Positions 37,003-50,361 are shown, counted from the first letter of the whole stretch. The stretch is 63,174 nucleotides of DNA, filler included, from Phoronis australis (GCA_002633005.1; 10 parts of 10 records of this genome joined end to end with filler, not necessarily neighbours in it); one strand, 5' to 3'. Numbers and translations: made by a program. Notes: generated from the letters alone by a model not told the origin.

Positions 37003-38508
37003 CTGCAGTTAGAAGGATTCCGTAGGAACACAACCGTTCGTGTAATTAATCCTGTTTTCCTGATATATTTTTGGGATTTCGAAATACAAGGGAATACACA
37101 TAATGCATTTCTATGTTCCCACATACTGTGTTATTAGGTGACTAACATGTCAATACTATCCACAAGCACCATACTATAATTAGCCCCATAGTTTAATTAA
37201 AGCCTCAGTCAAACCACCATTTCTCATGATTACCAGTCTCAATTGCTGCATATATGGACTTTAAGTTTTGATACAGTACAACTGAGACCCGCGATGATTC
37301 GTGTCAAGCGGCCATTTACACAAACACACAACTCAGAAATGGTGGCAAGGCAGAAGTTGTATGCAGGAATGTGTTAAGTGCTCATGTGCAAAGATGCAAA
37401 TGCGGGAGTCACATTTCATAATTATTATTGTTGTTGTTGNNNNNNNNNNNNNNNNNNNNNNTCCCCCCCCCCCCCCCCAGTGTACATAATTCATGACATT
37501 GAGTTTTGTTTCAGTGAATTTTTTGATTAGTTGACTAACACTTTCATCAGTAGTCCTGCTGTACATAATCCAGCATTTGAATTGAATCCAGTCTTGACTG
37601 TTAACTCTGTGTAATATTTTGACAATTTCCTGATAAAATAAATGATGGTCAGGGTTAAAGTTAAAAGACAAGCCGCAGAACCGCTGACTGACGAATCGTA
37701 GACATTGCGCAAAAATGAACACCTGCATATATGTGTGTTTGTGCGCAAGCGCAATAGAGATGATCTCTTCCACCTTGCCACAGTTTTGCGTTAAGATGTA
37801 TAACTGACACGGAGCAAGATGATCGGGCGCAATACTCTACCTCATAAACAGGTGACAAAAGTAGTCACAGTGATGTCAATTTGCTCCATATCAGTTCTAT
37901 TTACACATATACATGCTCTTGATCATCTCGTTCCATGTCAGCTGAACCGTGACAACTTTTGTAGAGTAAACGGAGCTTTAGGCCTTCCACTTGTACATGG
38001 CAATGTTTAGCCATACAGTTTCAAATCAATCACAAAATGCATGCCAAAAGATGATTGAATAATTCACAACCTTAAAAAGCCATGTCCGAGAAATTAACTG
38101 GCCAATAATTCAACTGCAATACACCAGTAATTTGCATGCTCAAACCCAATTACAATGAATTACATTCATCAAAAGTTGTTTATGGCAAAATCTCAAAAAC
38201 AGTCACCAAGATGGTAATTTTTCGTCAAGACCAAACATTATTATCTGTATTGCCCAGTTACTCATAATTTCATCTGAATCATGTTCTGATGACAATTGAA
38301 CCAGAGCAACATTTACATGTCTGGGTTCATGAAAAATTGCTCACAGAATGATTCATCACAGACATGGACAAATGAATGTCAGTTTTATATTTTACTAATC
38401 CAGGTGAGCATTATTCCATGAGCACAGTGATGCAGTTCATGGGGGTAGAGTATGAATACGCGGCTTTAAATAAGTATTATTTCAACTGCAAGTTTGCCCT
38501 TTTTGTAC

Positions 38509-38730
38509 TACCGTAATCGTTCGGGTTAACGCCCATGCTCAGTTAACCGCCCATCCCCGACTTTACGTGGATTTCGATTTAACCGCCCACTGCTCAGTTA
38601 ACCGCCCCCCTGCGATTTTTGAAGATTTCCAGTTAAGCGCCCACCTCTCGGTTAAGCGCCCATCCCCGACTTTTAAAGAATGAAGATTTAGCGCCTAGTG
38701 CTAAGGAAACGCGCGATTCCCCGACTTTTA
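38509..38730 (+). mobile_element. Left end of a Tc1/mariner/pogo-type non-autonomous element (TA|CCGTA) with subterminal gttaaccgccca repeats
   Basis: TACCGTA terminus followed by about seven gttaa(c/g)cgccc motifs. The right end was not confidently found. Confidence 0.5.
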
Positions 38731-39290
38731 GAAAAAGATGATGATCACAAAGAGCGCAACGACGCCGGGCTTCCGAGACGGTGGTTTAGCAATGTGAATT
38801 ACAATTCTAGTAACGAGTTATTGTCTTGGGTCATGGACTCACTTCAAAATATAATACTTGAACGTTTTTGTCACTTTATTTTCTTCCCATGTTTGCAAAG
38901 TTTAAGAACGCCGCCGGCGTCAAAACCTCCGCTTTCAGCGACTTTGTCTGCCGCGCTGAGTTTNACTTGGTCCTGGAGCTCACTGTAACACGCATGTAGG
39001 ACACGTTGAAAAGTTTTACGGTGTATAAGTTAATGTATTGTAGAAATATATTACAGTGAGCTGCAAGCATGTAACGTCTTGCATTTAATAGACTCTTGAG
39101 TTGTGTTACGGCGTTTGGAACGGGTGCAAATTGGCTCTTAGTGATTTACGGCTTAGGAAGAATTTAGAGGTCTCTATATCCTCAAACCAAACTCTGAAAA
39201 AATAAGGAATTAACACTTCTTCTGGAACCCAGGTATCCCTTCTGAAGTGAGCAAGGAAAAAGAAAAGACAAATTAATTTAAAACCGGTAA

Positions 39291-39985
39291 GTTGTCATCA
39301 ACATTGGAAAGACAAAAATTCTTAACTTAACCCCAGAGACAGAAACACCAATTGAAATAAATGGATCAATCCTGGAGGAAGTTGAACATTTCACATACCT
39401 TGGCAGCAAGATAGATAAAAAAGGGTGGACCGAAGGTGACATACGAGCAAGAATTGCCAAAGCCAGAACTGCATGTTACCGACTAATGAAAGTATGGAAA
39501 GCTAGGACACTCTCGCCGAAAACAAAATTGAGATTGTTCAACTAAAACGTGAAATCAGTACTCTTATATGGATCAGAGACCTGGACAAACACAAAAACAA
39601 ACTTCAAGAGTCTGCAAACTTTTGTCAATTGATGCCTGAGAAACATTTTGAGGATACAGTGGCCGGAAAGAATAAGAAATGAAGAATTGTGGGAAAGAAC
39701 AGGACAGACACCAGTGGAAGAGGAGATCGGCAGAAGGAAATGACGCTGGATTGGACATACACTAAGAAGACCAACAAGTAACACTTCCAGACACGTATTA
39801 AAGTGGAACCTACAGGGTAAACGAAATAGAGGCAGATCACGAATGACCTGGAGAAGATGCATCACCGATGACATGGAGAGGTTAGGATACTCATGGAGAC
39901 AGCTAGAAGGAATCGCCCAGGACAGAACAAAATGAAATCTCTGATTCGTGGCCTATACCCTGGTAGGGGTGACGGGCATTGATGA
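39291..39985 (+). mobile_element. 5'-truncated RTE-clade LINE (RT C-terminal region), pseudogenised
   Basis: Reads KTKIL..EEVEHFTYLGS..DIRARIAKA..TKLRLFN*NVKSVLLYGSETW..CLRNILRIQWPERIRNEELW..RWIGHTLRR..GKRNRGRSRMTW, with several in-frame stops. Confidence 0.9.
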
Positions 39986-40190
39986 AATTACCTCAATCAA
40001 AACTCGTTTGCCGAAAACACGGGTTTAATGCCCCTTGAAAAACAAAATTAAAGCCCCAAATGGTATTAAATTGAACTTGCAGGATGCTTTCACTATGGTC
40101 GCTGGTTCCGTTCACAAAATTGTAACACACANACAGGGCACTCCATAATATTTCCATGAACACTCAATGTCATAATGCTCGTATTTGTAT

Positions 40191-40193
40191 GCA

Positions 40194-40241
<48 letters not shown>
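40191..40241. repeat. (GCAC)n(AC)n(AT)n compound microsatellite
   Basis: Directly visible in the sequence. Confidence 0.9.
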
Positions 40242-40242
<1 letters not shown>

Positions 40243-41686
40243 CCGGCAGAGATTTTAATTTTCCCTTCCGCCAGAAATCGCTGTTGTCCATACTGCACTC
40301 GTACGATTGGAGTAGTTTATCGATCACACTAGCGACACTGAACACGCGCGATGTTGGAAATTATAATGGCAGTGCTACCTGGTCATTTCTGCGATTTAGT
40401 TCGATACCACGTGATGACGCTAGCAACAGAGGTAAATCTTATTTCAAAAATGGATCCATGGTGCATAATTTTTAAGAAGTCGTAAAGCATTTAGTAGTAA
40501 AATTTTTGACAGATGAACGACACACATCAACATTCCAATACTATATCTACTTATAGCACAGACGGATGTGGGATACCGTAAGAGTAATTCAGACAAAAAT
40601 ATTTGAAGGAAAGTTTTCGCGTATTCCCTTAAAACTGCATGTCACCATCGTTTTAGGTGTTGCCCCCTAAATCCGCCTATGGATCATCTGTTTTACCACT
40701 TCCACGATAAAAATAAATCGTGTAAACATACAGTAACGCAACGTTCTACCTGAGAAATCAGGGCAATAAACATGCGTGTATACAAAAATAGATAAGACTG
40801 GAGAGCGGGTAAAACATGGTCAGGTGGAAAGGTCATTACGTCACTTGTTTTACACGATCCGTTGTTTGGACCGCTAATTNNNNNNNNNNNNNNNNNNNNN
40901 NNNNNNNNNNNNNNNNNNNNNNNTTAATTAATTAANNNNNNNNNNNNNNNNNNNNNNNNNNNNNNNNNNNNNNNNNNNNTTGTGCCAAATAGTTCAACTC
41001 ATTGCACAACTAAATAGCAGCTTTGGTTCAAAAGAGAACAGACGTTTTCTCCATGCGTAAACTTGACATTTGACATACCTGGGGACAATCAGCAGGTGAG
41101 CAAAGCTCCTAGTAAACAAGCATCAAATGTTACTTCCAAAAACTCGGACAGAGTGACGGCATTCTTTGGTATAATACAATCTTTTGTTGACCATAAAAAC
41201 ACACACATTACATGCTATCAATAGTGACACTAAACAAAAGATTTATGAATTCATAACAAATAATTTTTAAATTGGTCAGGAACAGAATTTCTTAGTAACC
41301 CTGGAGCATACTTGTTGCACACATCTCAAAATCACTGCGAAAAAGCTCAAAACATAACACAACAACAACAAGTATGGGCAAAATAGCAAACAGGTTATAA
41401 TTAGCGGTAACCATTTTCTGATATTCATAGCAGATTTTTGAAACACGCTTTGTCACCAGATGGCGATAGAATAGTTAATGGACAGCAACCTGTGCTCTTG
41501 TGTGTCGGTTTCATGCAGTGGGTTTTCCCAGCGTCTCATTACAATTTTTTACGACCATCATGTTGTCAAACTGTCACTGATGTGCTGTGGAATAATTAAA
41601 CCACATGGAACTATCACCAACAGACCCATACCTTTTATTCAGGTCAACAAACTCTGAGAAGTTGTGTGTGAAAACAACTTGACTAA

Positions 41687-42189
41687 AGGCCCTTTCATAT
41701 TGACTTAACTCCGGTCTGAGCAGAGCGTCGACGTAAACAGCGCAGCTAACTGGACCGTTCATACTGGCTTCGGTAGTTAATGAACAATGAAGCAACTAGC
41801 GGTTGGTGCCGCTGTCGTCATCGAAGTTATCGCAAGGTAGCGTTGCACGCTAAGATTTTTATCAAAGTGTCAATTTGGAAACATTTACATGTGCTAAGTG
41901 ATAGTAAACTTACTTTTAAATCGATTGGTTACTATTAGAGCAAAATATAAGCAGCTATTAGTGACGGCACTACCTTGTAACTGTTGACGATAACGGTGAC
42001 ACCTGGCGATAACGTCCATTGGACTTAAATTAAGCGTTCATACTGCACCGCAGCGTCAATGTTGCGCTATTAAATCCACCTGTTAACTGTGATGTTAACT
42101 GGAACTGTTAACTGCGATCCAGGACAGGGGTTAAGCGGACCACAACTCCCCAAACCATCGACGCGTCAACGTTAGTATGAAAAAACCCT
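41687..42189. mobile_element. Harbinger-like MITE in a GPR155 intron
   Basis: taa|AGGCCCTTTCATATTGAC ... GTTAGTATGAAAAAACCCT|tag imperfect TIRs, with internal gttcatactg motifs at about 41758 and 42036. Confidence 0.5.
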
Positions 42190-42499
42190 TAGATTACTCA
42201 GCTAAGGTCTGACGTACATCTCTCTCACCTTGATCTGCACAAATGGCTGAAAACTCTGCACCCAACACATCAAAATTTTGTTGCCAATCTTTGTAAAAAG
42301 CAGGTAAGATTGATTTCCTTCCCTGTCTCAGATAGCAGATAGTACACAACCATGACAGTCTCAAGCAATGAGCATGACCATGTTGTCCTTATTGAATAAG
42401 ATCGAGTAGCAGGGTTCCTCCACTATCGGTCTGAATATAGCCACGTTGTCTTATCGCATAAGGTGTGTATATGTGATCCTACACTCACTGCCCACTCAC

Positions 42500-42624
42500 C
42501 TGTGCCTTTGAACACTGCCTATTCACACACATACTTTGGTTAAGGGAGCCATCATCCACCATCCCATCATCTGTATCAGATGTCTGCATGTCACTCCATC
42601 GTACAATGTCTTCAATACTATTAC
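42500..42624 (-). CDS. GPR155: GPR155 loop exon (NSIEDIVRWSDMQTSDTDDGMVDDGSLNQSMCVNRQCSKAQ)
   Basis: attgttcag acceptor, gtgagt donor, phase 1-0, open frame downstream of recognisable GPR155 exons. Confidence 0.65.
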
Positions 42625-43577
42625 CTGAACAATCATGAGTAAAAGGTTACTTCGACAAATCTGACTACTGACGTCATGAAAACAGACAACACCCAACCTG
42701 ATGCACGAAACAAACTAACAACTGGGGTCTGTCTCATGAAAGTGACCTAAGACAGAAATGTGGCCTTACACTCCCCATAATTATTTTGAAAAATAATCAG
42801 AACTGACAGCAAAAGTCTGAAGTGTCTGAGATTAACACCATACAATAACTGCTACCCAATGAGAAAACTTGTACAAAGTATTTCCAGGAAAAGAAATTGC
42901 TAATGACTAAACAGCAAAACATTTACTCAACCACAGTGAAGTGGGTGCTCAAGACAAATTTCTGGCCTTTCACCTTTGACCTTATGCATACTTAAAACCC
43001 CAGTGAATTGAAGCATACACAATCTTATGTTAGTTCGATAATGATAAGAATGAAAAGACAAGGAAAACTTTGATCACAACACCTGCTGAGGCGAACTCTA
43101 TGAATTCCAAATAACTGTTGTGACCAACATGTGCACTCTTAATAAAATGTGTACATAGTGGGTAATCATGCGACATATGATAACACTTCACACGTCAATA
43201 TTATTGGCACGTAAAATTCTATTAAGTAAAATTCTATTTGATTAACTTCCTGCACAAAAATATGGATAAGGAACATCTTAGTCTGATACACGCATATATT
43301 ATAGTGTGCAGGTGGCATAAATTATTTGATGAAACTCTTGTTATTTGCAAAAAGGTAATTGGCCTTTGAAAAATGGAAAAATGACCATTATTTGGTAGTT
43401 TTGTGCAAATTAAGTGGAGAATAATCACAAGCATTCCAACTTACCCCCAGGAGCATTTTAAAAAACAACATCGTGAAACAATTTTACTTAAAGACATCAA
43501 TTAGCATTGGCACATTAAAATGTCAACAACAACGCATTTCAAAAGATTATTATCAAGGTACCAGCTAAGACACCTAC

Positions 43578-43670
43578 TCCGTCCGGCTCGTGGACACGCT
43601 TGAATGTCTCCAGTGGAATCTTTTGATTGCTTCTCTTTGCAGCATGCTCCATAGTCAGTGGTGCCACCTA
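43578..43670 (-). CDS. GPR155: GPR155 loop exon (VGGTTDYGACCKEKQSKDSTGDIQACPRAGR); boundaries uncertain
   Basis: NAGNAG acceptor (gacag/tag), gtaggt donor, 93 nt, phase 1-1, linking the neighbouring exons. Confidence 0.55.
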
Positions 43671-44398
43671 CTGTCAACCAGAGACAGCTTACAGACAAGC
43701 AAACACAACATCATTTGGGAGAATGAAGTTTACAACACAGCGGAACAACAGCCTACGCATAGACCAGAGCAGCCATTCATACTTACTGGACTTAAGTGGT
43801 GTCCTACAGTGAGCCTCTGTTAAAAATGAATAATTGGTAACAATAAAGACTTGGTTTAAGGTTAATTATGACCTTATGCACAAGTCTGTGTGCAGTTAGC
43901 CAAATATCTCCAAAAGTACACACTAGTCAGTTTGACTTCGGTACAAATACACATTTTCTGAAAGTATTAAGCCTGTATAATTTGCTTTTTACTTAATACC
44001 GAATGAAACAGCCCGCAATCGAGTGACATGGCCAAGGGTCATTTTTAATAAAAATTCCTACTAGCGTTTTGGGGAACGGTGCATAAAGTTTCATATGAAA
44101 TCTAATTAGATTTTTTCTGAGATACGATGTTTCGAAGTTGGCCAAATTTGTACATTTTGTTATGGACCTACACAACCTTATGAGTATTTCTACATGGAAG
44201 CACGATACATACTAGCAGTCTCGTTCTGCGGACAATGTGACCTAAACCTTTCCCCATTACACCCACAGCTTATTATTTCAACACATTACCATTGCTAGTA
44301 AAGGCAGTATAATTATTTCGAACAACAATAGAAGTCTGAGCAGGACGAGAACACTTTTATGACCTGTACAACATCTGAACACAGTGACGTCAACGTAC

Positions 44399-44555
44399 CA
44401 CAAGCACCAGACTTCTCTGACGCCGGTGTATCCTTGTCCCTCTCATTCTCCAGCGTTTCGTAGTTCTTGTGTTTGCGGTCCTTTCGTTGTTGGACTATTA
44501 GTGCCACCACAGTGACAACTAACGAGGTGAAGATGATGACGGCGGAGATAATCAT
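44399..44555 (-). CDS. GPR155: GPR155 exon (MIISAVIIFTSLVVTVVALIVQQRKDRKHKNYETL...SEKSGAC)
   Basis: catcttag acceptor. The TM helix after AFQYG..Q matches GPR155 AFFYGKEQMITTAV. Donor gtacgt at 44398, with an alternative gtcata at 44363. Confidence 0.8.
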
Positions 44556-44772
44556 CTAAGATGAACAAAATTTTTATCACAAACCAAAATTACTACGGCC
44601 CAAGTCAACAAGTTGACCACACATGCCCTAATAAGTGCACATTTAGTTTTTGCACCTGCCTAGCCACTTAATAAACAGAATCTCAAGATGTACACAACAG
44701 AGACACCTATTGCAAATGCTGGCGTTTTTCATGCGTGTTAAATAACAAGTCAATGGAAGAAAGAAGACAAAC

Positions 44773-44843
44773 CTGTGGCAAGCCATACTGGAATGCTACA
44801 TCAGAAGTTGACCACTGGGGGGCAGAACATATCAGCAGCAAAC
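44773..44843 (-). CDS. GPR155: GPR155 exon (GLLLICSAPQWSTSDVAFQYGLPQ)
   Basis: atgttag acceptor, gtttgt donor, phase 1-0. DxAFxYGxxQ motif of GPR155/LYCHOS. Confidence 0.85.
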
Positions 44844-44984
44844 CTAACATAATCAAAACAAAATAATGTCAAGACAAATATCTCTTCTTTGTTTCAATAC
44901 CAGACAACTGGAGTTTCTAAATCCAGATATCAAATCTAGTCCATTGTTACGCGATTGCCCATTTTTTGTCTAACATCAGATGAT

Positions 44985-45640
44985 TCTCACACCACTTAGC
45001 TATTGCAGTGATACGAACAAAATGCCAAGCTTTCTTTTTAAGATATCGCAAAACAATATTTCCTAAGCCTAACTTTTAAATCTCTCGCTTCTTTCTACAA
45101 ATATCACCCTAATACCATTCATCCAACTGAAATCAAAATTTGATGTCTCACAGCGACCGTGAATACAATGTCAAGGTCACCAAAATCAACTGGCATCTGG
45201 AGGTGCCCCACCCACACCCTAGTACAAAATATGAAAATAATCTAAACCTCCTTTCTTGAGATATCACACCCACAAAATTTTCGCCACGTTAAAACTTGAT
45301 TTTCTCACGGTGATATCAAGATCACCAAAATTGGCCATCACCTGGAGTTACCCAATTAAACCTCTACACCAAATATGAGCGAGATCGAAAGCTCACTTCT
45401 AGAGATACAGTGGCAATATCACTTACAAATTAAGATAAGCTGTACATTCTTACTAGCAGACCTTTGAAATAACATTTAAGGTCACCAGGCACTTGGAGTT
45501 GCCACACACACATCTCAGTACAAAATATGAACATCATTAAACTTAGCTTCCTTCTTGAGATATCACGTCAACATCTTGTACAACTTACCGACAGATGTGT
45601 CGACATATGGTCGTGACAACGTACATCCCCCTCGTTTTGC
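44985..45640. mobile_element. Degenerate Helentron/pearl-like element with three internal repeats of about 145-160 bp
   Basis: The pattern aaggtcaccaa..ggag..tacaaaatatga..ttcttgagatatc recurs at about 45173, 45318 and 45478. Confidence 0.5.
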
Positions 45641-45883
45641 ACTAACGCACAACCAGCACAGCAAATAGGGTAAAAGTTCAGTACAAGTAACAAAAGACTT
45701 ACAATGAGAACTCCACAAGCTCTTACAAATATAGCACATTATTTTGATTTCACTGCAGGATATAAGACATCTTAACAAAGCTCCACAGCACAGCTTACAC
45801 ACTCATTAGTACATACAGGGCTGGTAAGAAGTAAGCGAGGCAAGTCTGAATATTCAGCCATTCATACACCAGCTATCCCTTAC

Positions 45884-46079
45884 CTGTACAAACTATGGGT
45901 AGACCGAATCCATACAAGATGAGATAGCCTCTCATTCGCAGCACAAAGCATAGACTGCGGGTGCGCAGCAGACACATGCCCACTGCATAAGCAGACGTGC
46001 ACGTACGGCTGGCTAGGACGCCAACGAAGCAGACGATGAACTGCAGATAGTGTTGCCAGGCAACAGTGTTGTCTGTCAC
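45884..46079 (-). CDS. GPR155: GPR155 exon (VTDNTVAWQHYLQFIVCFVGVLASRTCTSAYAVGMCLLRTRSLCFVLRMRGYLILYGFGLPIVCTG)
   Basis: ctctggcag acceptor, gtaagg donor, phase 0-1. TM helices end GFGLP, compared with GWGIP in vertebrate GPR155. Confidence 0.85.
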
Positions 46080-47015
46080 CTGCCAGAGAATGCTTCCGAT
46101 GCAGGCTAATAACTGTAAATATTAAGTGCCAACAAATTAAAGGGAAAGCCAAATATAGTTCATACATGTATATGGCTCGGGTACAACTCCCTGGATGCAA
46201 CAGACATCTTTTATACCCTAGGCTAAAAACCAAAAAAAATGTTAGGGAATATTTCNNNNNNNNNNNNNNNNNNNNNNNNNNNNNNNNNNNNNNNNNNNNT
46301 TAATTAATTAANNNNNNNNNNNNNNNNNNNNNNNNNNNNNNNNNNNNNNNNNNNNACCACGTGAGCAAAAAATAATTTTAAAAATTTACCTCTCAATTGA
46401 ACCATACTAACAGCAAAATAAAACAAAGACTGATCACCAGCTGTCAGCGGCAATCGTGACCATGGCGAGCTCATTGCTAGGGTCACCTGGTGGCAAGTTC
46501 GCAAAACAGGGACCAAGATGACAGGTTTGTCATCGAAATCACAATAAAAACGTAACAATTTACGGAGATCACTCATTATTCAAAATATATTTACTGAGAG
46601 TCTGTGAATATTGCTGACAGTGATAACAGAGATATTTCCAGAAAATTAGGGTGGCTATTGATATCAAACTTGTAAAGACCACCATCAACAGGGACGTTGG
46701 TATTGAGTTACCAGACATTGATAACGGTGTATTGACTCACTCACAGGTGTATGTTCCGGTCGGCTATAGTTACGCCATTATGAGGAAGACTGCAGCCCAA
46801 GGCAGTCAAAAGCTATTAAATCTCCCTGCATGTAATAACTTGTATTACAGACTGTAAATTATTGAGGAGTTTTTGGCAATATAATTATCAAAATTTATTA
46901 CTTATTATCACAAAAACGGTACTGAGTAGATGTTACAAATGAGTAGTCTCACAGTTGGATGAAACGATTTCAAAATCAGATAAGGAGAAAACACGCACCC
47001 GAGTTGAAAACTTAC

Positions 47016-47120
47016 CCGTAAAAATAATGGAAACTTCTTGCCGTAAAATCCAACTCTATAATAGGAACTGCCCTGGCGAAGTTGTGTAAGAATATTCTGG
47101 AAGAACGTGGCCTGTGTTTG
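47016..47120 (-). CDS. DOCK3: DOCK3/4 exon, DHR-2 region (QTQATFFQNILTQLRQGSSYYRVGFYGKKFPLFLR)
   Basis: tgttacag acceptor, gtaagt donor, 105 nt. RVGFYGxKFPxFLR is a DOCK-B DHR-2 motif. Confidence 0.92.
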
Positions 47121-47920
47121 CTGTAACAAAAATGAATTAAATTAATGAACGATAATGTAGGACAATAGAAAAATCTCCAAATTTGTCTGTCAGAACTGAA
47201 TCTTATCTCAGCATTGACTGATAGCTTCCAAATACCATGCTTTATACACTAGTTGTCCAAAACACTCTGTTAGGAATTGTTTTTGTAACGATCCACTTTT
47301 GCAAGAGAAACTATCGAAAGCAAGATATTATTTCATTGTTTTTATGAACAATTTCAAAACTTATGTCTAAAATGAAAACGAAATGCTCATTTAGAAAACT
47401 GCACCAGTATTTTTTAGAATTTCATTTTGAACATTTGTATCAAGTGAAATTTGGTCAGACATATTACTAAAATGCCTCTAGTTTTCAAAGAATACATTTC
47501 TTTTTTACTGAATTTTACTGAAAAACATACTAGTCACGTGACCTAATGAATGGCAGATTGGCACAGTCAAAAAACAAAAAGTACATACATTTTTGTAGAA
47601 AATTGGCTAAATGCTGACAAGGGCCTACACAACCTTACCTTCTAAGTCAAAGAACTCGTAAACTATAACACAGGTCTACGAAATCAAATTTAACTTCTCC
47701 TTGGCTTTGAAGTCGAAAATAAAATTCAATTGGGTTTGACCGAGCGAGCAATAATTTACATCTAAGGAAAAAAGCTATACCTTGACTTAAAGTAACAGCT
47801 TTTTAAAATTAGAAGCATTAATTTACTTAATTCCAACCTGGTTGTAGACAAAATAAACAGCCATATTCAGGGCCACCATCATCAGCTTAAAATAGTTGTT
47901 TTTCTTTATCTTCTACTTAC

Positions 47921-48007
47921 CAGAATAGAACTTAATTTTGCATAGTCAAACTTCTTCTCATACAACCATGCCAGCTCTTTGCATAAAGGAATGCCATACT
48001 CCCACGA
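47921..48007 (-). CDS. DOCK3: DOCK3/4 exon (SWEYGIPLCKELAWLYEKKFDYAKLSSIL)
   Basis: ttttctag acceptor, gtaagt donor, 87 nt. Matches SWEFGIPLCRELA of DOCK3. Confidence 0.92.
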
Positions 48008-48270
48008 CTAGAAAATAAAAACATTACTGTGAATCACGAGTTCTAACACGACCCATCTAAATACTTCAGTGCAGCCCTGGACTCTTAACCAAATGCACTG
48101 GACCAAGAAGTTGTGAAAACTAACTTGTTGTTTGTTGCCACAGCACTTTTTCGCGTTTCCAATTAGATCACTCCAGAAATTAAAAACATGTTTGAACTTC
48201 GGGAATAGTTGACAAAAATGTTCCACACTGACTCAACAGCAAGAACATTCAGTAAATAAATAAACAGTTC

Positions 48271-48427
48271 CAGGGGCGGATGCAGGATTTTGATTGGGGG
48301 GCCCAGGACAGAGTATTAGCCACGATTTTGCTCATCACACATTCGCACCCCTGAACTGCCAAATGAAATCTGAGAAAATTTTTGGGGGGTCCATGGTCCC
48401 TTTGGCTCCCCCTTAAATCGACCACTG
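48271..48427. mobile_element. hAT-like MITE (CAGGGGCGGAT ... ATCGACCACTG)
   Basis: Imperfect 11-bp TIRs, G-run/C-run interior, flanked on both sides by agttc. Confidence 0.6.
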
Positions 48428-48486
48428 AGTTCTTCAAACAGCACGATTCACTCACAGCTCAACACACTCCATGAGAGAGGTCTCAC

Positions 48487-48729
48487 CTTCCCTTGGTCAA
48501 AATAGCCGATAATGAGTTCATACAGTTGTCGTTTCCTCTCCCATTCCCGTTGTGCTGGGTATGTGCCCTCTGCATGCATCATGGCATCACCCCAATCCAA
48601 CATGTCTGCATGCAGCTTCAAAGTGAAACCAGCCTCAGTGAAGTTTCGCGCGGCAAGGTGAAGGTCGCATAGCTTGTAGATGTAGCGAATGTACATCTCT
48701 TCCCGATTGAACTCGTTCTTGTAGAAGTT
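48487..48729 (-). CDS. DOCK3: DOCK3/4 exon (NFYKNEFNREEMYIRYIYKLCDLH...YFDQGK)
   Basis: ctttgcag acceptor, gtgaga donor, 243 nt. EEMYIRYIxKLCDxH..NFTEA is the DOCK-A/B DHR-2 lobe A signature. Confidence 0.95.
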
Positions 48730-48896
48730 CTGCAAAGGGAGTACATACTATTATGTAAAACATCTCTCCTTGGGAGTCAATAGTGCCGTCCACCCACAGA
48801 CTTACCCTAGAACAAAAACTCCAGTTGTTGCTAGGTTTGACTGTCGTGTGGACACTATTTAAACGTAGCACAACTTACTCCACATTACTGAGGTGA

Positions 48897-49230
48897 GGTA
48901 ACTTGTTCTAGGGTAACTTGCTCTAGGGTAACTTGTTCTAGGGTAACTTGCTCTAGGGTAACTTGCTCTAGGGTAACTTGTTCTAGGGTAACTTGTTCTA
49001 GGGTAACTTGCTCTAGGGTAAATTGCTATAGGGTAACTTGTTCTAGGGTAACTTGTTCTAGGGTAACTTGTTCTAGGGTAACTTGTTCTAAGGGTAAATT
49101 GTTCTAGGGTAACTTGTTCTAGCCAAAGGGTAACTTGTTCTAGGGTAACTTGTTCTAGAGTAACTTGTTCTAGGGTAACTTGTTCTAGGGTAACTTGTTC
49201 TTAAGGGTAACTTGTTCTAGGGTAACTTGT
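48897..49230. repeat. Minisatellite, about 22 x 15 bp (ggtaacttgttctag)
   Basis: Tandem copies with point variants and small indels, in a DOCK intron. Confidence 0.95.
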
Positions 49231-50361
49231 GCCACTTTTGATTCATGTGTGGCCGCAAACCTGGAGCAAGGCGGAAGTAATTATGAGCTGCAGTTACATA
49301 CAGACGGGGTTTCTTTTGTGCTCTCTGCTCGCATTAGGAGTTCATTGTCACACACAACAACTTTCGCCTTACCCCAATTATCGGATATGTGTGTACTGGT
49401 ATGTGTGTGTGTGTGTGGACGCTCCATTTCAAAGTGGGGAAAGGTGTACTAGGTGCAAGTTGTTCTATGGCAGGTTGTCGGTGGATGGGACTAAAGTATT
49501 CCAGGCTTGCCCAATCAGAATCGATAGGGGGTCATAAAACAATTATCTTCTCAGCCAGGACCAAAACCCTGAGTTTAGTTACAACTGAGAGCGCAACACG
49601 ACTAAGTCCAGGGTTCACAAACAGCTTTATTTATAGACATTGCATGTCTATTTCAAAAGGCCTATTGCATGCACATGACACCCATCATTTATGGGTGTCT
49701 GCAAAATTCTGAGCCACTATGTGGGACTAGTCACCCCCTCCAAGTGTTCAATGGAACAACTGCATAAAAAGTAAGTTGCAGTGCCGATGCCAAGAAATTT
49801 GACAAATGGAAAATAAATTTTGGATACGAATTGACTTTTGTTTGCTTGTTTGACGCTACTCAAAAGTATTGGAAACTAGGTCAATCATTTACTTCTGTAC
49901 ACAGAGAGCAATTTGGGATAAACCTATTAATTCTTAGAAAGAGATAACTCACTGTTTTATAGTACATACACTCGCCCTTCATGAGATCAATCAACTTTTG
50001 GTGTTCCTGATGCACTGTTGTCTTGGAATAACACTGAATGTATCATATTCAAATTTTTGGCAACCTTCAACAGGCCAACATAACCTCAGCCATTAAGGAC
50101 ACAGAGAGCAGGACAATCTCCTTTGTACACAGAATATAATCATTAGCATCAAAGTGTTGCTTCGCAAATTTCAAGTTCAAGTCACACAGCAGCTACCACC
50201 ACACAAGACTTTGAAATATTGGGAGCCTTCAAAACATCTTTTGAAAACATAAAAACGGATAATTCTGATGAAGTTCTCGTCGGAAATTGTTGGAGATTTT
50301 GCATTTTTATGACAGTTTTCAATTTTTCAAAATGTACAAACTGTCTTATCAAAGCTCTTAC

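Noticed and set aside
16744-46079. Lysosome/autophagy gene cluster (TMEM59 and GPR155) or Rho-signalling cluster (MRCK and DOCK)
   Set aside because: The genes are on different contigs joined by artificial linkers.
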